Made by a program: the position numbers and the translations under genes
In this document: piece by piece, positions 37,727 to 47,213 of the stretch
Position numbering within the stretch: position 1 is the stretch's first letter
Layout: each line of letters starts with the position of its first letter
From: Candidatus Iainarchaeum sp.
GTDB taxonomy: Archaea > Iainarchaeota > Iainarchaeia > Iainarchaeales > JAXPJC01
Direction: 5' to 3'
DNA length: 64,000 nt
Assembly: GCA_016187745.1 (NCBI GenBank)
Contig: JACPJC010000005.1
Span: forward strand, 118,659-182,658
Notes under the pieces: generated by a model
Databases searched by the model: none
What the model saw: the letters and a program-made list of their open reading frames with translations, nothing else
Told to the model about the DNA's origin: nothing

Positions 37727-38428
37727 TTGGAAACAGTAAGAATCCTTGTTTTTGGAAATGTGCAGGGTGTTGGCTTCCGCGCCTATGTAAAGCAAATAGC
37801 CAGAAATATGCAAATAATTGGCTTTGCGCGCAATTTGGATGACGGTTCTGTGGAAATTTATGCGCAGGCTGCAAAGCCAATAATTTCCACTTTTATAAAA
37901 AGAATAACAATCCGTGGCAATTCTTCAGACCCATTATCACTACATGTTGCAAAAACAGCAACTGCCTTTGAGCACAGCAAGGATTTCAAAAAACCCTGCA
38001 GAAAATTAAAAGCATTTGAAATAGACTATGGAAAGAAGCTCAAGGCAGAAGCCAAAGAGACTATAGAAAAGGCAGAGATTGCAACATTGATGATGCATTC
38101 ACTGAAATCAGAAAACAACAAAAATTTCAAAAAACTTGGCTCAAAAATCAATAAAAATTTCAAAACACTCGGAGGCAAAACAGACTCTCTCAGAAAAGAA
38201 ACCTCACAGAATTTCAAAAACCTTAGCTCAAAAACAGACAATCTGACAAAGGTTGCAGCAGAAAGTTTTGATAAATTAGACAATAAATATGGTTCTGTTT
38301 CTTCAACTTTAAATAGCATAGACAATAAGCTTGGCAGCATAAATGGCTGCATAAAAAGCATGAGTGGCGGGATAAAGCAAAACAACAAGCTGCTCTCAAA
38401 GATTGCAAACCGCTTTACTGTTGTTTAG
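37727..38428 (+). CDS. acyP: Acylphosphatase domain fused to a coiled-coil tail (paralog of 26201-26971)
   Basis: VQGVGFR, ARNLDDGSVE, FEIDYG...EKAEIA; NFKxL repeats; SFDKLDNKY. Confidence 0.85.
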   Translation: METVRILVFGNVQGVGFRAYVKQIARNMQIIGFARNLDDGSVEIYAQAAKPIISTFIKRITIRGNSSDPLSLHVAKTATAFEHSKDFKKPCRKLKAFEIDYGKKLKAEAKETIEKAEIATLMMHSLKSENNKNFKKLGSKINKNFKTLGGKTDSLRKETSQNFKNLSSKTDNLTKVAAESFDKLDNKYGSVSSTLNSIDNKLGSINGCIKSMSGGIKQNNKLLSKIANRFTVV

Positions 38429-39306
38429 AATCCCGCAAACTTCGCGACCGAATAGAGCACAAGCATTATTACCACCTGCAGTGGCAGCGCGGGGAGCGCC
38501 TTCCCCACGTGCTTGGACGAATAATCAACAGTTATTATCAGCCCCACAATCGAGCCCAGCAGGATAGCAAGCGCGGGCACCAAGTACAGGGGAAACGCAA
38601 GCGCGCTTGCATTCATTGCAGAGCTCGCAAACATCAATGGAATTACCATGTCGCCTGTGCCAAGCTCAAACATGTGCGCGGGCACCTTCACCAATTTCCC
38701 CCTTTTCCTTCCGCTTGGCGCTTCCGCAATCAATTCCCCGCGGGCGGGCATTGCAAACGTAAACGCAAGGTTCATTTTCGTTATTGATTTTGCCATAACC
38801 ACCATGTGCTTTGTCTTGAAAACCGCAATCAAATCATAAACCGCAAGCAGGGCGATGAAAACCATTACCGGCAGAACGCCCAAAGAAACCCCGATTACCG
38901 CGCCCGCGCCGCTTACCGCCAGAATGCTTGCAACATTCCTCAGCATAATATGCTGCGCGTAAATTATGCGCAGTAAAACAATGATGAAAGCAAGGGCAAA
39001 CGCGATTATTTCGGGCATGAAAACCGAAAACACGATTGTTGAAGTGGCAAACACAGCAATCAGCTCAAGCAGCTTCATCACCCAGTAAAGCGGCTTGCGC
39101 TTCATGAAAAGGATCATGAGCAGAAGCGCCCCTGTAAAAACAAGAATATAAATAAACAGGCCCGCGGCATTTGCAATATCCTCGGGATTTTCCGTAACTA
39201 TCGGAACGCTTATATGCATCCCGATAAGATTTACAGCAACGGCAATCCCGAGCGCCTGCACTATCAGAAAAAGCCCGATTAGCTGAAGCAATAGCCCCTT
39301 GTTCAT
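38425..39306 (-). CDS. Presenilin-family intramembrane aspartyl protease (PSH)
   Basis: AVYDLIAV, LGTGD, PALP; multi-TM. Confidence 0.92.
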   Translation of the reverse strand: MNKGLLLQLIGLFLIVQALGIAVAVNLIGMHISVPIVTENPEDIANAAGLFIYILVFTGALLLMILFMKRKPLYWVMKLLELIAVFATSTIVFSVFMPEIIAFALAFIIVLLRIIYAQHIMLRNVASILAVSGAGAVIGVSLGVLPVMVFIALLAVYDLIAVFKTKHMVVMAKSITKMNLAFTFAMPARGELIAEAPSGRKRGKLVKVPAHMFELGTGDMVIPLMFASSAMNASALAFPLYLVPALAILLGSIVGLIITVDYSSKHVGKALPALPLQVVIMLVLYSVAKFAGF

Positions 39307-39353
39307 AAGGCAATAATTAGATGGAATTAGAATTTAAGGGTTTGGGTCTGCAT

Positions 39354-39893
39354 TTAGGCATAGCCGCGCCTTGCGCCAAAATACTTTACTGCGCCATATG
39401 CGATTATGTATGCGGTAAATGCATAAAATACAGCCCAATCATTGGTCAATAAAGAATAGATAAAAGTTGGCAGGGGATAGTACATCATTGCATACTCAAA
39501 CAGAAAGCGAAACAAGCCATTCCTTACTTTCAGCACATCTCCGGTATAATCCTTAATTGCTCCGCATATAAGAAAAATCAGCCAAAACGCAAAAAAGATT
39601 ATTGGCTGAAATTTGGCAAAGAAAAGAAAACCGATTATTATGATTGTTGCTGCAGCCTGGTGATTCAAATAATCAAGCCTGTTGCGGACAATGAAGGCAA
39701 TGTTCATTGCAAGAACTATATTTGCAATAGCATTATGGCTAATAATCAGCAAAGCGCCAAAAAGACCCCACAAAATTCCAAAGAGAAGCGCACTTCCCCT
39801 GAACCATTTTAGCTTGTGCTCGTTAAGCAAATCAGCAAATTTCATTGTTGTGCCATATAAAACGGCACAGACAAGAAGCAACAACAAAGTCAT
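39354..39893 (-). CDS. Hypothetical integral membrane protein
   Basis: About six hydrophobic segments; MKFADLLNEH and RLDYLNH motifs; directly downstream of the radical SAM gene. Confidence 0.75.
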   Translation of the reverse strand: MTLLLLLVCAVLYGTTMKFADLLNEHKLKWFRGSALLFGILWGLFGALLIISHNAIANIVLAMNIAFIVRNRLDYLNHQAAATIIIIGFLFFAKFQPIIFFAFWLIFLICGAIKDYTGDVLKVRNGLFRFLFEYAMMYYPLPTFIYSLLTNDWAVFYAFTAYIIAYGAVKYFGARRGYA

Positions 39894-39938
39894 GTGATTA
39901 TCACCTATTTATTCTTTGATTATCTCTCTGAGAAGACT

Positions 39939-41420
39939 CTAAAAGCCACCTTCTATTACCGCGCTCAGAATATTAATTTTTGGCAGCTCTTTTCCGAATC
40001 TTTCCAAATATCTTTTTTTGTAAATTTCGGCAATTTTCTTCAGACCTTTCTGATAAAAATTGTAGATTTCCTTTCCTGAAAGGTAATTAAGTTCATATTG
40101 TGGGAAATTCTCACCCCTATATAATTCCCAATTCTTATGCAATATTTTTATTCCAAATTCCTTTGCATTGTCATACATCTGTGCCCCCGGAAATGGAACG
40201 ACAATCCTATATTCAACAAAATCAACCAGGCCACTTTCCAACAAAGAACACATTTCATTAATTGTAAGTTCCGCAGTTTCTTTTGTTTCCCCTGGCAGAC
40301 CAACTAAGAAATAGCAATGAGCATTAATTCCATATTTCTTTGTCAGTTTGCATATCTCCCTAACCTTTTTGTATCTCAAGCCCTTTCTGTTAAGATTAAG
40401 AATTTCCTGAGAAGCGCTTTCCACTCCATACTGGATTTCAGTGCATTTTTTGGATTCAGCAACCTTTTTGATTATTTCTTCGTCAGTGCTTTCAAGCCTG
40501 ACTTGATAGCCAACAACAATGTCAAGCCTGAGTTTGTTGATTTTATTAATTGCATTCAACGCCCTTTCCTTATCAAAGAAAAAATTTTCATCCCCAAAAT
40601 ATATGTATTTTGTTTTAAAATTTTTATGAAGGTATTTGATTTCATTGATTGCTTCAGCAATAGGCCTTTCTGCAAAGCCTTTGTTGTGAATTGTATCAGC
40701 GCAAAATACGCAACTTCCATTCCTTCTGCAACCAAGCGAAGTGAATATCCTTGCGGCAGGCAATGTTTTTACATTAAGTAGTTCATTTGCAGGATGAGGG
40801 TAATCTGAAAAGCCCGTCATTGCAGGTTCCTTTGCTATGACTTTACTTCCCTTCCTGTAACAAATGCCAGGGATATAATTTATGGAATGTTTGTTTTCCA
40901 GCGCCTCTGCCAGCATTGCTATTGGAAGCTCGCCCTTTCCCTTAACAACAAAGTCAAATGCCGACAGCAAATCTTCCAAGTCTTTTCCGCCTGCGCCGCT
41001 GGCATGAGGCCCGCCAAGGATTGTTACAATTTTAGGGTTAATGCTCTTGGCTAATTTTGCATAACTCTTTGCAACCGGGATTGCACAAGTATGGGCGCTA
41101 AAGCAAATCATTTGCGGATTTTCTTTTTTGCTCAACTCCAGCAACTTTTTGTAGAATAATTTTTCCCTTTCTTGAATTGGCACATTTTCGGGCTTTGGCG
41201 CCAAATAGAAAACTTTATGCCCTTTTTTCTCCAATACGCTTGCTATAGAAAGCAGGCCAACATTCTGGTTCTCGGCATTGCCAAGTTCAATTAATTCCTT
41301 TTTTGACAAGTTTGAGTAGGTAAGTTTGGTTTTCAGCGCATAATGCCACTTCCAATAATTCTTTTCAACTGCAGTCTGCTTCACGGCAGGAGCCGGCGTT
41401 GAAACTAATAATATCTTCAT
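39939..41420 (-). CDS. B12-binding radical SAM protein (CX5CX2C variant)
   Basis: GLLSIASVL, ILGGPHAS, GKGE, SLGCRRNGSCVFC, FGDENF, YGVES, LVGLPGET, PFPG. Confidence 0.9.
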   Translation of the reverse strand: MKILLVSTPAPAVKQTAVEKNYWKWHYALKTKLTYSNLSKKELIELGNAENQNVGLLSIASVLEKKGHKVFYLAPKPENVPIQEREKLFYKKLLELSKKENPQMICFSAHTCAIPVAKSYAKLAKSINPKIVTILGGPHASGAGGKDLEDLLSAFDFVVKGKGELPIAMLAEALENKHSINYIPGICYRKGSKVIAKEPAMTGFSDYPHPANELLNVKTLPAARIFTSLGCRRNGSCVFCADTIHNKGFAERPIAEAINEIKYLHKNFKTKYIYFGDENFFFDKERALNAINKINKLRLDIVVGYQVRLESTDEEIIKKVAESKKCTEIQYGVESASQEILNLNRKGLRYKKVREICKLTKKYGINAHCYFLVGLPGETKETAELTINEMCSLLESGLVDFVEYRIVVPFPGAQMYDNAKEFGIKILHKNWELYRGENFPQYELNYLSGKEIYNFYQKGLKKIAEIYKKRYLERFGKELPKINILSAVIEGGF

Positions 41421-41424
41421 ATAT

Positions 41425-41483
41425 AAATAGTGAGTTCGCTGATTTAAATAGTAATAATGAGAGATTTTTTTGAAAATAGTAAT
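41425..41483. promoter_or_regulatory. Repeated AAATAGT(AAT) boxes in the divergent promoter
   Basis: Copies at 41425-41431, 41446-41455 and 41474-41483; AT-rich background lowers significance. Confidence 0.4.
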
Positions 41484-41515
41484 CTTTTTAATTATTTCTA
41501 CTAATTATTCAAATA

Positions 41516-42490
41516 ATGGCTCTTGACAAAAAGGACAGGGAAATTCTCTTCGCGCTTGATTTAAATGCGAGAATTCCACTCAAAAAGCTTGCAAAGAAAG
41601 TTAGGCTCTCTGCGCAAACTGCAAAATACAGAATAGAACAGCTTGAAAAAAATGGCGTGATAAAGGGCTATGTAACACTTTTTGATGCAGCAAAGCTCGG
41701 CTATGAATATTTCAGGCTCTACTTAAGATTTGAAGGGTTCTCACAGAATGATGAAAATGCATTTTTTGCATATCTTAACAGGCACCAAAATGTTGTCTGG
41801 TTTGTCAATACAATCGGTAGATATGATGCGGAAGTCCTGTTTGTAGCGCGCAACTTCATTCATTTCAACCAGATTCTCAAGAAAATATACGATGAATTTC
41901 CAAACAAGTTCTTCAGCGTTGTTCCTTCAGTTTCAATTGCAACCTATCATCACACCAGGGCATATCTCATAAATGCAAAAAGCGATTTCCTTCCGAGCTA
42001 TGGTGGCGAACCAGAAAAGGCAAACGTTGATGAGGCAGATGCTAAAATAATCCATCAGCTAAATCAAAATGGCAGAATCAGCAATTCAGAATTGGGCAAA
42101 ACAATAAATCTGAATTATAAGACCGTTCAGAACAGGATTAAGGCTCTTGGGGAAAAAGGCATAATCAAGGCATACAGGACATGGCTTGATTTCTCAAAGC
42201 TTGGCTCAATTTACTATAAAATCCTTATAAAGTTAAAGCATTTTTCGCTTGAAGATGAATTGAAAATACTTGAATTCTGCAAGCAGAACCAGAATATTGT
42301 TTATTTTATAACCTGCATCTGGCCTTGGGATATTGAATTGGAAATGGAAGTGGAATCAGAGCAAAAATTCCTTGAAATAATAAAAAGTTTCAGGCAGCTT
42401 ATGGGCAGCAACATATTGGATTATGAAACCCTTACAGTTACAAAAGAGCACAAAATGAATTACTGCCCTTTTTCTGAAGAAATCCTATAG
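41516..42490 (+). CDS. Tandem (duplicated) Lrp/AsnC-family transcriptional regulator
   Basis: Two HTH+RAM modules: LDKKDREIL..L..NAR and VDEADAKII..L.QNGR. Confidence 0.9.
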   Translation: MALDKKDREILFALDLNARIPLKKLAKKVRLSAQTAKYRIEQLEKNGVIKGYVTLFDAAKLGYEYFRLYLRFEGFSQNDENAFFAYLNRHQNVVWFVNTIGRYDAEVLFVARNFIHFNQILKKIYDEFPNKFFSVVPSVSIATYHHTRAYLINAKSDFLPSYGGEPEKANVDEADAKIIHQLNQNGRISNSELGKTINLNYKTVQNRIKALGEKGIIKAYRTWLDFSKLGSIYYKILIKLKHFSLEDELKILEFCKQNQNIVYFITCIWPWDIELEMEVESEQKFLEIIKSFRQLMGSNILDYETLTVTKEHKMNYCPFSEEIL

Positions 42491-42500
42491 TGTGCTGATG

Positions 42501-44639
42501 CTATTTCTCAACCGGCTTCACAAACCCATGCTTCGGCATGTACAAATCGCCCTTCTTTTCCAGCTTGTTTATGAAATCCATTGCCTTTTCCCTGTCTATT
42601 CCTTCGGATTTCATTTCCTCAAACACCAAATCAAGTGGCACCATGTCAAGCTCAATTGATTTTTCCTTCACTAAGTTAAGGATTTTCCTCATGTGGTCAA
42701 CCTGGGATTTCGGAATGCCCGCAGTTATAAGGTCAATGTCAATCCTTCCGGTTTCTTTATCAGTAACTACTTTCTCAAGCGAAGAGCGCAGCAGCCTTAT
42801 TGCCCTTTCAGTATCCTCAAGCTCCACTTCATTGCTTAGCCTTACCCTTGCGCTTGCCTCGCTCAATCTCACCAATCCTTCCAGCTGCCTGTGCGTTGCC
42901 GCATAGCTACCCTGAATCTTTCCCTGCTCCCTCAGATTGACATAGAAATCCGAAATGCTCTTCATTGCCTCATCGGTCATTATGGGGAACAGCCTCTGCC
43001 TTGCGTATGAAACATATTTCCTGAAAAATTCCTGTGAAACAGCAGGCGTGATCTCCTTCTCAATTTCAGTGGGCTCGCGCGCCTTCTTCTTTTCCTCCCC
43101 CGCGTACTGGAGCATCATCTCCCCTGCCTGGTGCGTTTTCAATATGTGTGAAGCAATCGCCTCATCCCTTTTCCTGTCCAAAACATCAGTTATAAGGAAA
43201 AACAAGTCAAATCTTGAAATCAGGCTTGCGGGCAGGTCAATCTGCTCCATGAAATTCTGGTAGGGGTCAAAGCGCGTGTATTTAGGATTTGCGGCAGCAA
43301 GCACGCTTGTTTCGGACTTGAAGCGCGTTACTATTCCTGCCTTTGCAACGGAAATCATCCCCTGCTCCATTGCCTCATGCATTGCCCCCCTGTCCTCCTC
43401 ATCCATTTTCTCAAACTCATCAACCATTATTGTCCCGCCGTTTGCCAATACCAATGCCCCTGCCTTGAGAACCCATCCCCCTTCCCCATACTCGTCGGTT
43501 TTTACCGCGGTAGCGGTAAGCCCGGCTCCAGTGCTTGTTTTTCCCGCGATGTAAATTGATTTCGGCGCAATCCTATGGACTGTCTGCAGCAGCTTGCTTT
43601 TTGCCAGCCCGGGCTCCCCCACAAGCAGGACATGTATGTTGCCCCTTGTGTCCATGTTTCCCGGAAGGAGTTTTTTTACTCCGCCAAACAGCTGCAGGAC
43701 AATTGCCTCCTTTATCGTCTCATGGCCATAGATTGTTGGCGCAATGCTCTGTATCAGCATATCATACACTTTAGGGTTTTTCGAAAGCTTCCTTATCTCC
43801 TTTTCCTCTTCCTTGGAAATTTCAACATCCTGGAACTCCCTCTGGGTCTGCTGCACATGGGTCGCATCAATGTATCTCCCATACACAGGGCCCTTGAATT
43901 TAAGCGGATGCAGCCTCACAACTCCTGTAATGCACACCCTGTCCCCGGGAAGCGCAATGTTTACAATGTCCTCGCTCAGATGAATGTCAACATTTGTCGC
44001 CTGTTCCGATCCTTTAAGCAGTTCAAGCGGCTCCTGAATCATGAGCCTCTGGGAATCAATGAATTTGCTTTGATCGGTCTGCAGCAAAAAATCGCGGTGC
44101 CGGCACTCGCACATGCTCGGCTGCTTTATTGAATTCCCTTCCTGCGCAATTTTATAGGTATTTCCGCAGCGCCTGCACTGCCATGCGGCAAGCTTCAGCT
44201 TTGGAAGAACATCAGTCATTTCCTTTACAAGGCCCTCAACGGCAATCATTTTTCCCAAATGTATTGCGCCAATGTCGCGCAGAAGCGGCATCTGCTCCTT
44301 CGGAAGGTTAAATATCCTCACTTTAGGCGCGAATTCCGCTATGCCTAGCGCAGGAACGTCAATATTCTTTATTGCAAGCTCCGCCGCCTCAATCAGATGG
44401 TCGGGATTCGCAAGCAGCTCCTCCGATAACTGATAGTCATAGTGCGCAAGGTCCGCATAATCCACTTCCAAACTTTTCTGCTGTGGATAATTTTCAACAA
44501 GCTTCTCAATATGCTTTTTATAATTAGCCTTCAAAAACGCCTCAAACTTTCCCACAAACGGGTTTTCCTCGGTCATCTCCTTTTTGCCGAAGTCCAGCTC
44601 AATTTCCTCTTCTTCCGCCTTATCCATGTTGCGAGCCAT
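42501..44639 (-). CDS. mcm: Replicative helicase MCM
   Basis: Zn finger CRRC..CEC, GEPGLAKS, VDEFEKM, AAANP, SRFD, RQLEGLVRLSEA; no intein. Confidence 0.97.
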   Translation of the reverse strand: MARNMDKAEEEEIELDFGKKEMTEENPFVGKFEAFLKANYKKHIEKLVENYPQQKSLEVDYADLAHYDYQLSEELLANPDHLIEAAELAIKNIDVPALGIAEFAPKVRIFNLPKEQMPLLRDIGAIHLGKMIAVEGLVKEMTDVLPKLKLAAWQCRRCGNTYKIAQEGNSIKQPSMCECRHRDFLLQTDQSKFIDSQRLMIQEPLELLKGSEQATNVDIHLSEDIVNIALPGDRVCITGVVRLHPLKFKGPVYGRYIDATHVQQTQREFQDVEISKEEEKEIRKLSKNPKVYDMLIQSIAPTIYGHETIKEAIVLQLFGGVKKLLPGNMDTRGNIHVLLVGEPGLAKSKLLQTVHRIAPKSIYIAGKTSTGAGLTATAVKTDEYGEGGWVLKAGALVLANGGTIMVDEFEKMDEEDRGAMHEAMEQGMISVAKAGIVTRFKSETSVLAAANPKYTRFDPYQNFMEQIDLPASLISRFDLFFLITDVLDRKRDEAIASHILKTHQAGEMMLQYAGEEKKKAREPTEIEKEITPAVSQEFFRKYVSYARQRLFPIMTDEAMKSISDFYVNLREQGKIQGSYAATHRQLEGLVRLSEASARVRLSNEVELEDTERAIRLLRSSLEKVVTDKETGRIDIDLITAGIPKSQVDHMRKILNLVKEKSIELDMVPLDLVFEEMKSEGIDREKAMDFINKLEKKGDLYMPKHGFVKPVEK

Positions 44640-44670
44640 ATTAATTTCTCCGTTTGGCGCTTTTAAATGC

Positions 44671-44694
44671 TTTCGGGACCAAATTGCCGGTGAA
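44671..44694 (-). promoter_or_regulatory. Extended promoter element (with BRE) of mcm
   Basis: TTCACCGGCAATTTGGTCCCGAAA followed by GCA-TTTAAAAG; matches 35714-35737. Confidence 0.6.
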
Positions 44695-45009
44695 ACCGAA
44701 CCGCGGGAAACTGCGTTTCCCCCAGTTTGAGGTTCCTCCTGACCCCTTCCTTATTCAAGCCACTGATGGCTGAGGCGTTTTTCCTGAAAAACTCCTAACT
44801 CCTGAAAATTCCCTCACCAAGGCATAATTTGTGTATTGGAAATAGCGTATTGGGATATGAACTGGAAAAAACCAACAATGCTATTACTATAACGCGCCTT
44901 CTTATTATTCATTTTGAGTTCGGGTTCCAAACTGCGCAAGCACTTGAAAAATTCAGAAAGCAAAGCGCCGTTATGTAGGGTTTTTAATATAAATTATCCA
45001 TAAATCTGC

Positions 45010-46497
45010 TTGGTGGTCAAATTCAAAGGCAAATTTTACATAACAACGGCAATTGATTACCCGAATAGCGCCCCGCACCTCGGCCAGGCATATGAGAAAA
45101 TATGCGCTGACGCGATTGCAAGATGGCACAGGCTGCAGGGCGAGGAAGTTTTTTTTCTCACAGGGACTGATGAGCACGGCCTGAAGATTCAGCGCGCAGC
45201 GGAAGCCGCAAAGCAGAGCCCGAAGGAATTTGTTGATACCCAAGCCCTGCATTTCAGGGAGCTCTGCGAGAAACTCAATATTTCCAACGACAGGTTCATC
45301 CGCACTACTGATTCTGAGCACATAAAAGTCTCGCAGGAAATTTTCAGGAAGGTTTTTGATTCCGGGGACATTTACAAGGGGTTTTACGAAGGCCTTTACT
45401 GCGCCTCGTGCGAAAATTACATTACCGAAAAGGAACTGGTAAACGGAAAATGCCCCTATCACAATAAGGCCCCGGAGCTGCTGCGCGAGGAAAGCTATTT
45501 CTTCAGGCTGGGCAAATACCAGAATCAGATAATAAAGCACATTAAGGAAAATCCGGAATTCATCCAGCCTGAGGGAAAAAGAACGGAAATTTTAAACCGC
45601 CTAAAAGAGCCATTGAAGGATTTGAGCGTTTCGCGCTCAAGCTTCCGCTGGGGGATTCCCCTTCCGAATGACCACAAGCATGTTGTGTATGTCTGGTTCG
45701 ACGCGCTCCTGAATTACATTTCCGGAATTGACTATCCGAAGGAAAAATTCAAAAAATTCTGGCCCTGCGATTTGCACAACATAGGAAAGGACATATTATG
45801 GTTTCACGGCGTCATCTGGCCTGCAATCCTGCTCTCCGCAGGAATCGGGCTTCCAAAAAGGATTTTTGTCCACGGCTTCATAAACCTCGCTTCCGGCGAG
45901 AAAATGTCAAAGAGCCTCGGGAATGCCGTTGATCCGATTGCGCTTGCAGGCACTTACGGAGCTGACGCGCTGCGCTATTTCCTCCTGAGGGAAATTCCCT
46001 TCGGGCAGGACGGCATATTTTCAGAGGATCTTCTTAAGAAGCGCTATAACACCGAGCTTGCAAATGAATTGGGAAACCTGCTCCAGCGCACTCTTGTATT
46101 GATTGAGAAAAACTGCAGCAGCAAAATTCCCGAAGGGAAAACAGATGCAGAATTAGCAAAAAGGCTTAACCTAGAAAAAATAAAATCAAATATGGAGAAG
46201 CTTGAATTGCATTTTGCGCTCGCAGAAATTTTCTCATTCATTGCGCACTGCAATGCCTATGTGAATGAAAAGCAGCCCTGGAAACTGCAGGGCGAAGCGC
46301 TTAACAATGTCCTTTATTCGCTTGCGGATTCACTGCGCATTATTGCAATCCTGCTTGCGCCTTTCATTCCCAACACTTCAGAAAAAATCTCCTCGCAGCT
46401 GGGAGTGAGGCTGGGCAATATTGATGAATGCAAATTCAATCTGCTCAAATCAGGCGCAAAAACAAATAAAGCGGAAATCCTTTTCAGGAAAATCTGA
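45010..46497 (+). CDS. metG: Methionyl-tRNA synthetase (short form)
   Basis: YITTAIDYPN..PHLGQ, TGTDEHG, YVWFDAL, GKDI..FH, KMSKS; start may be GTG 45013. Confidence 0.96.
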   Translation: MVVKFKGKFYITTAIDYPNSAPHLGQAYEKICADAIARWHRLQGEEVFFLTGTDEHGLKIQRAAEAAKQSPKEFVDTQALHFRELCEKLNISNDRFIRTTDSEHIKVSQEIFRKVFDSGDIYKGFYEGLYCASCENYITEKELVNGKCPYHNKAPELLREESYFFRLGKYQNQIIKHIKENPEFIQPEGKRTEILNRLKEPLKDLSVSRSSFRWGIPLPNDHKHVVYVWFDALLNYISGIDYPKEKFKKFWPCDLHNIGKDILWFHGVIWPAILLSAGIGLPKRIFVHGFINLASGEKMSKSLGNAVDPIALAGTYGADALRYFLLREIPFGQDGIFSEDLLKKRYNTELANELGNLLQRTLVLIEKNCSSKIPEGKTDAELAKRLNLEKIKSNMEKLELHFALAEIFSFIAHCNAYVNEKQPWKLQGEALNNVLYSLADSLRIIAILLAPFIPNTSEKISSQLGVRLGNIDECKFNLLKSGAKTNKAEILFRKI

Positions 46498-46502
46498 TTG
46501 TT

Positions 46503-47192
46503 TTAGCCAAGCGCTGCAATGGTCAATGGGATTATTGCGGCGCCAATCATGACAGAAGCGACAACCTTCCAGTTGAAGCTCTTGTGCGCTTCCGGCAATA
46601 AATCGCTTGCGCCGATGTAGAGGAAGGTTCCAAGCGCAAACCCTATTAAATCATGGAAAAGCGCAATCGGCACAAAAAAGGCGATTGCAGTCCCGAGCGG
46701 AGTGAAAAACGCGTCAATTGCGACTGCCCCGAAAATTCCGCGCTTTTTGTAGCCTGAATTTTTCATTATTATTGTTGTTACCAATCCTCTTGGGACTTCA
46801 TGCACTATTACGGCAACAGCAATTACAATCCCCAGCGCGGGACTGACAGCATAGCCAATCCCTATTGCAATGCCATCAATCAGGCTTTCCGCGCCAATTC
46901 CTATGAGCGAAGTCCATCCTATTGTGTGCGAAACGCATTCCTTCTCGCCGCAGGCATGTATCAGAAAAATCTTTTCAATGAGGTAAATTGCAAAAAAGCC
47001 CAGGGCAACGGCAAATGCGCTTTCCCTTCCAATCTCGGGCAGCAATTCAAAAAACGCAACGCTCACCATCAGCCCCGAGGCAAATGCAAGCAGATAGCGC
47101 AGCTCAATCTTTTTGAAAGTTTTTGTGAATGGAAGAAACGCGCCGAAAATTGTTGCAATTGAAGTTAGCAGCGCATAAAAAATTGCCATCAT
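46503..47192 (-). CDS. ZIP-family metal transporter
   Basis: AFASG.M...FFELLPE, DGIAIG, HEVPRG, YIGASDLLPEAH. Confidence 0.92.
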   Translation of the reverse strand: MMAIFYALLTSIATIFGAFLPFTKTFKKIELRYLLAFASGLMVSVAFFELLPEIGRESAFAVALGFFAIYLIEKIFLIHACGEKECVSHTIGWTSLIGIGAESLIDGIAIGIGYAVSPALGIVIAVAVIVHEVPRGLVTTIIMKNSGYKKRGIFGAVAIDAFFTPLGTAIAFFVPIALFHDLIGFALGTFLYIGASDLLPEAHKSFNWKVVASVMIGAAIIPLTIAALG

Positions 47193-47213
47193 AATAAGTT
47201 CCTTTTTTCAAAC

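Noticed and set aside
44640-45009. SRP RNA, RNase P RNA, fluoride riboswitch, hammerhead or ORB-type origin
   Set aside because: Diagnostic motifs not found by eye (for example CTGATGG, not CTGATGA; no helix-8 or P4 consensus); kept only as an unassigned structured region.
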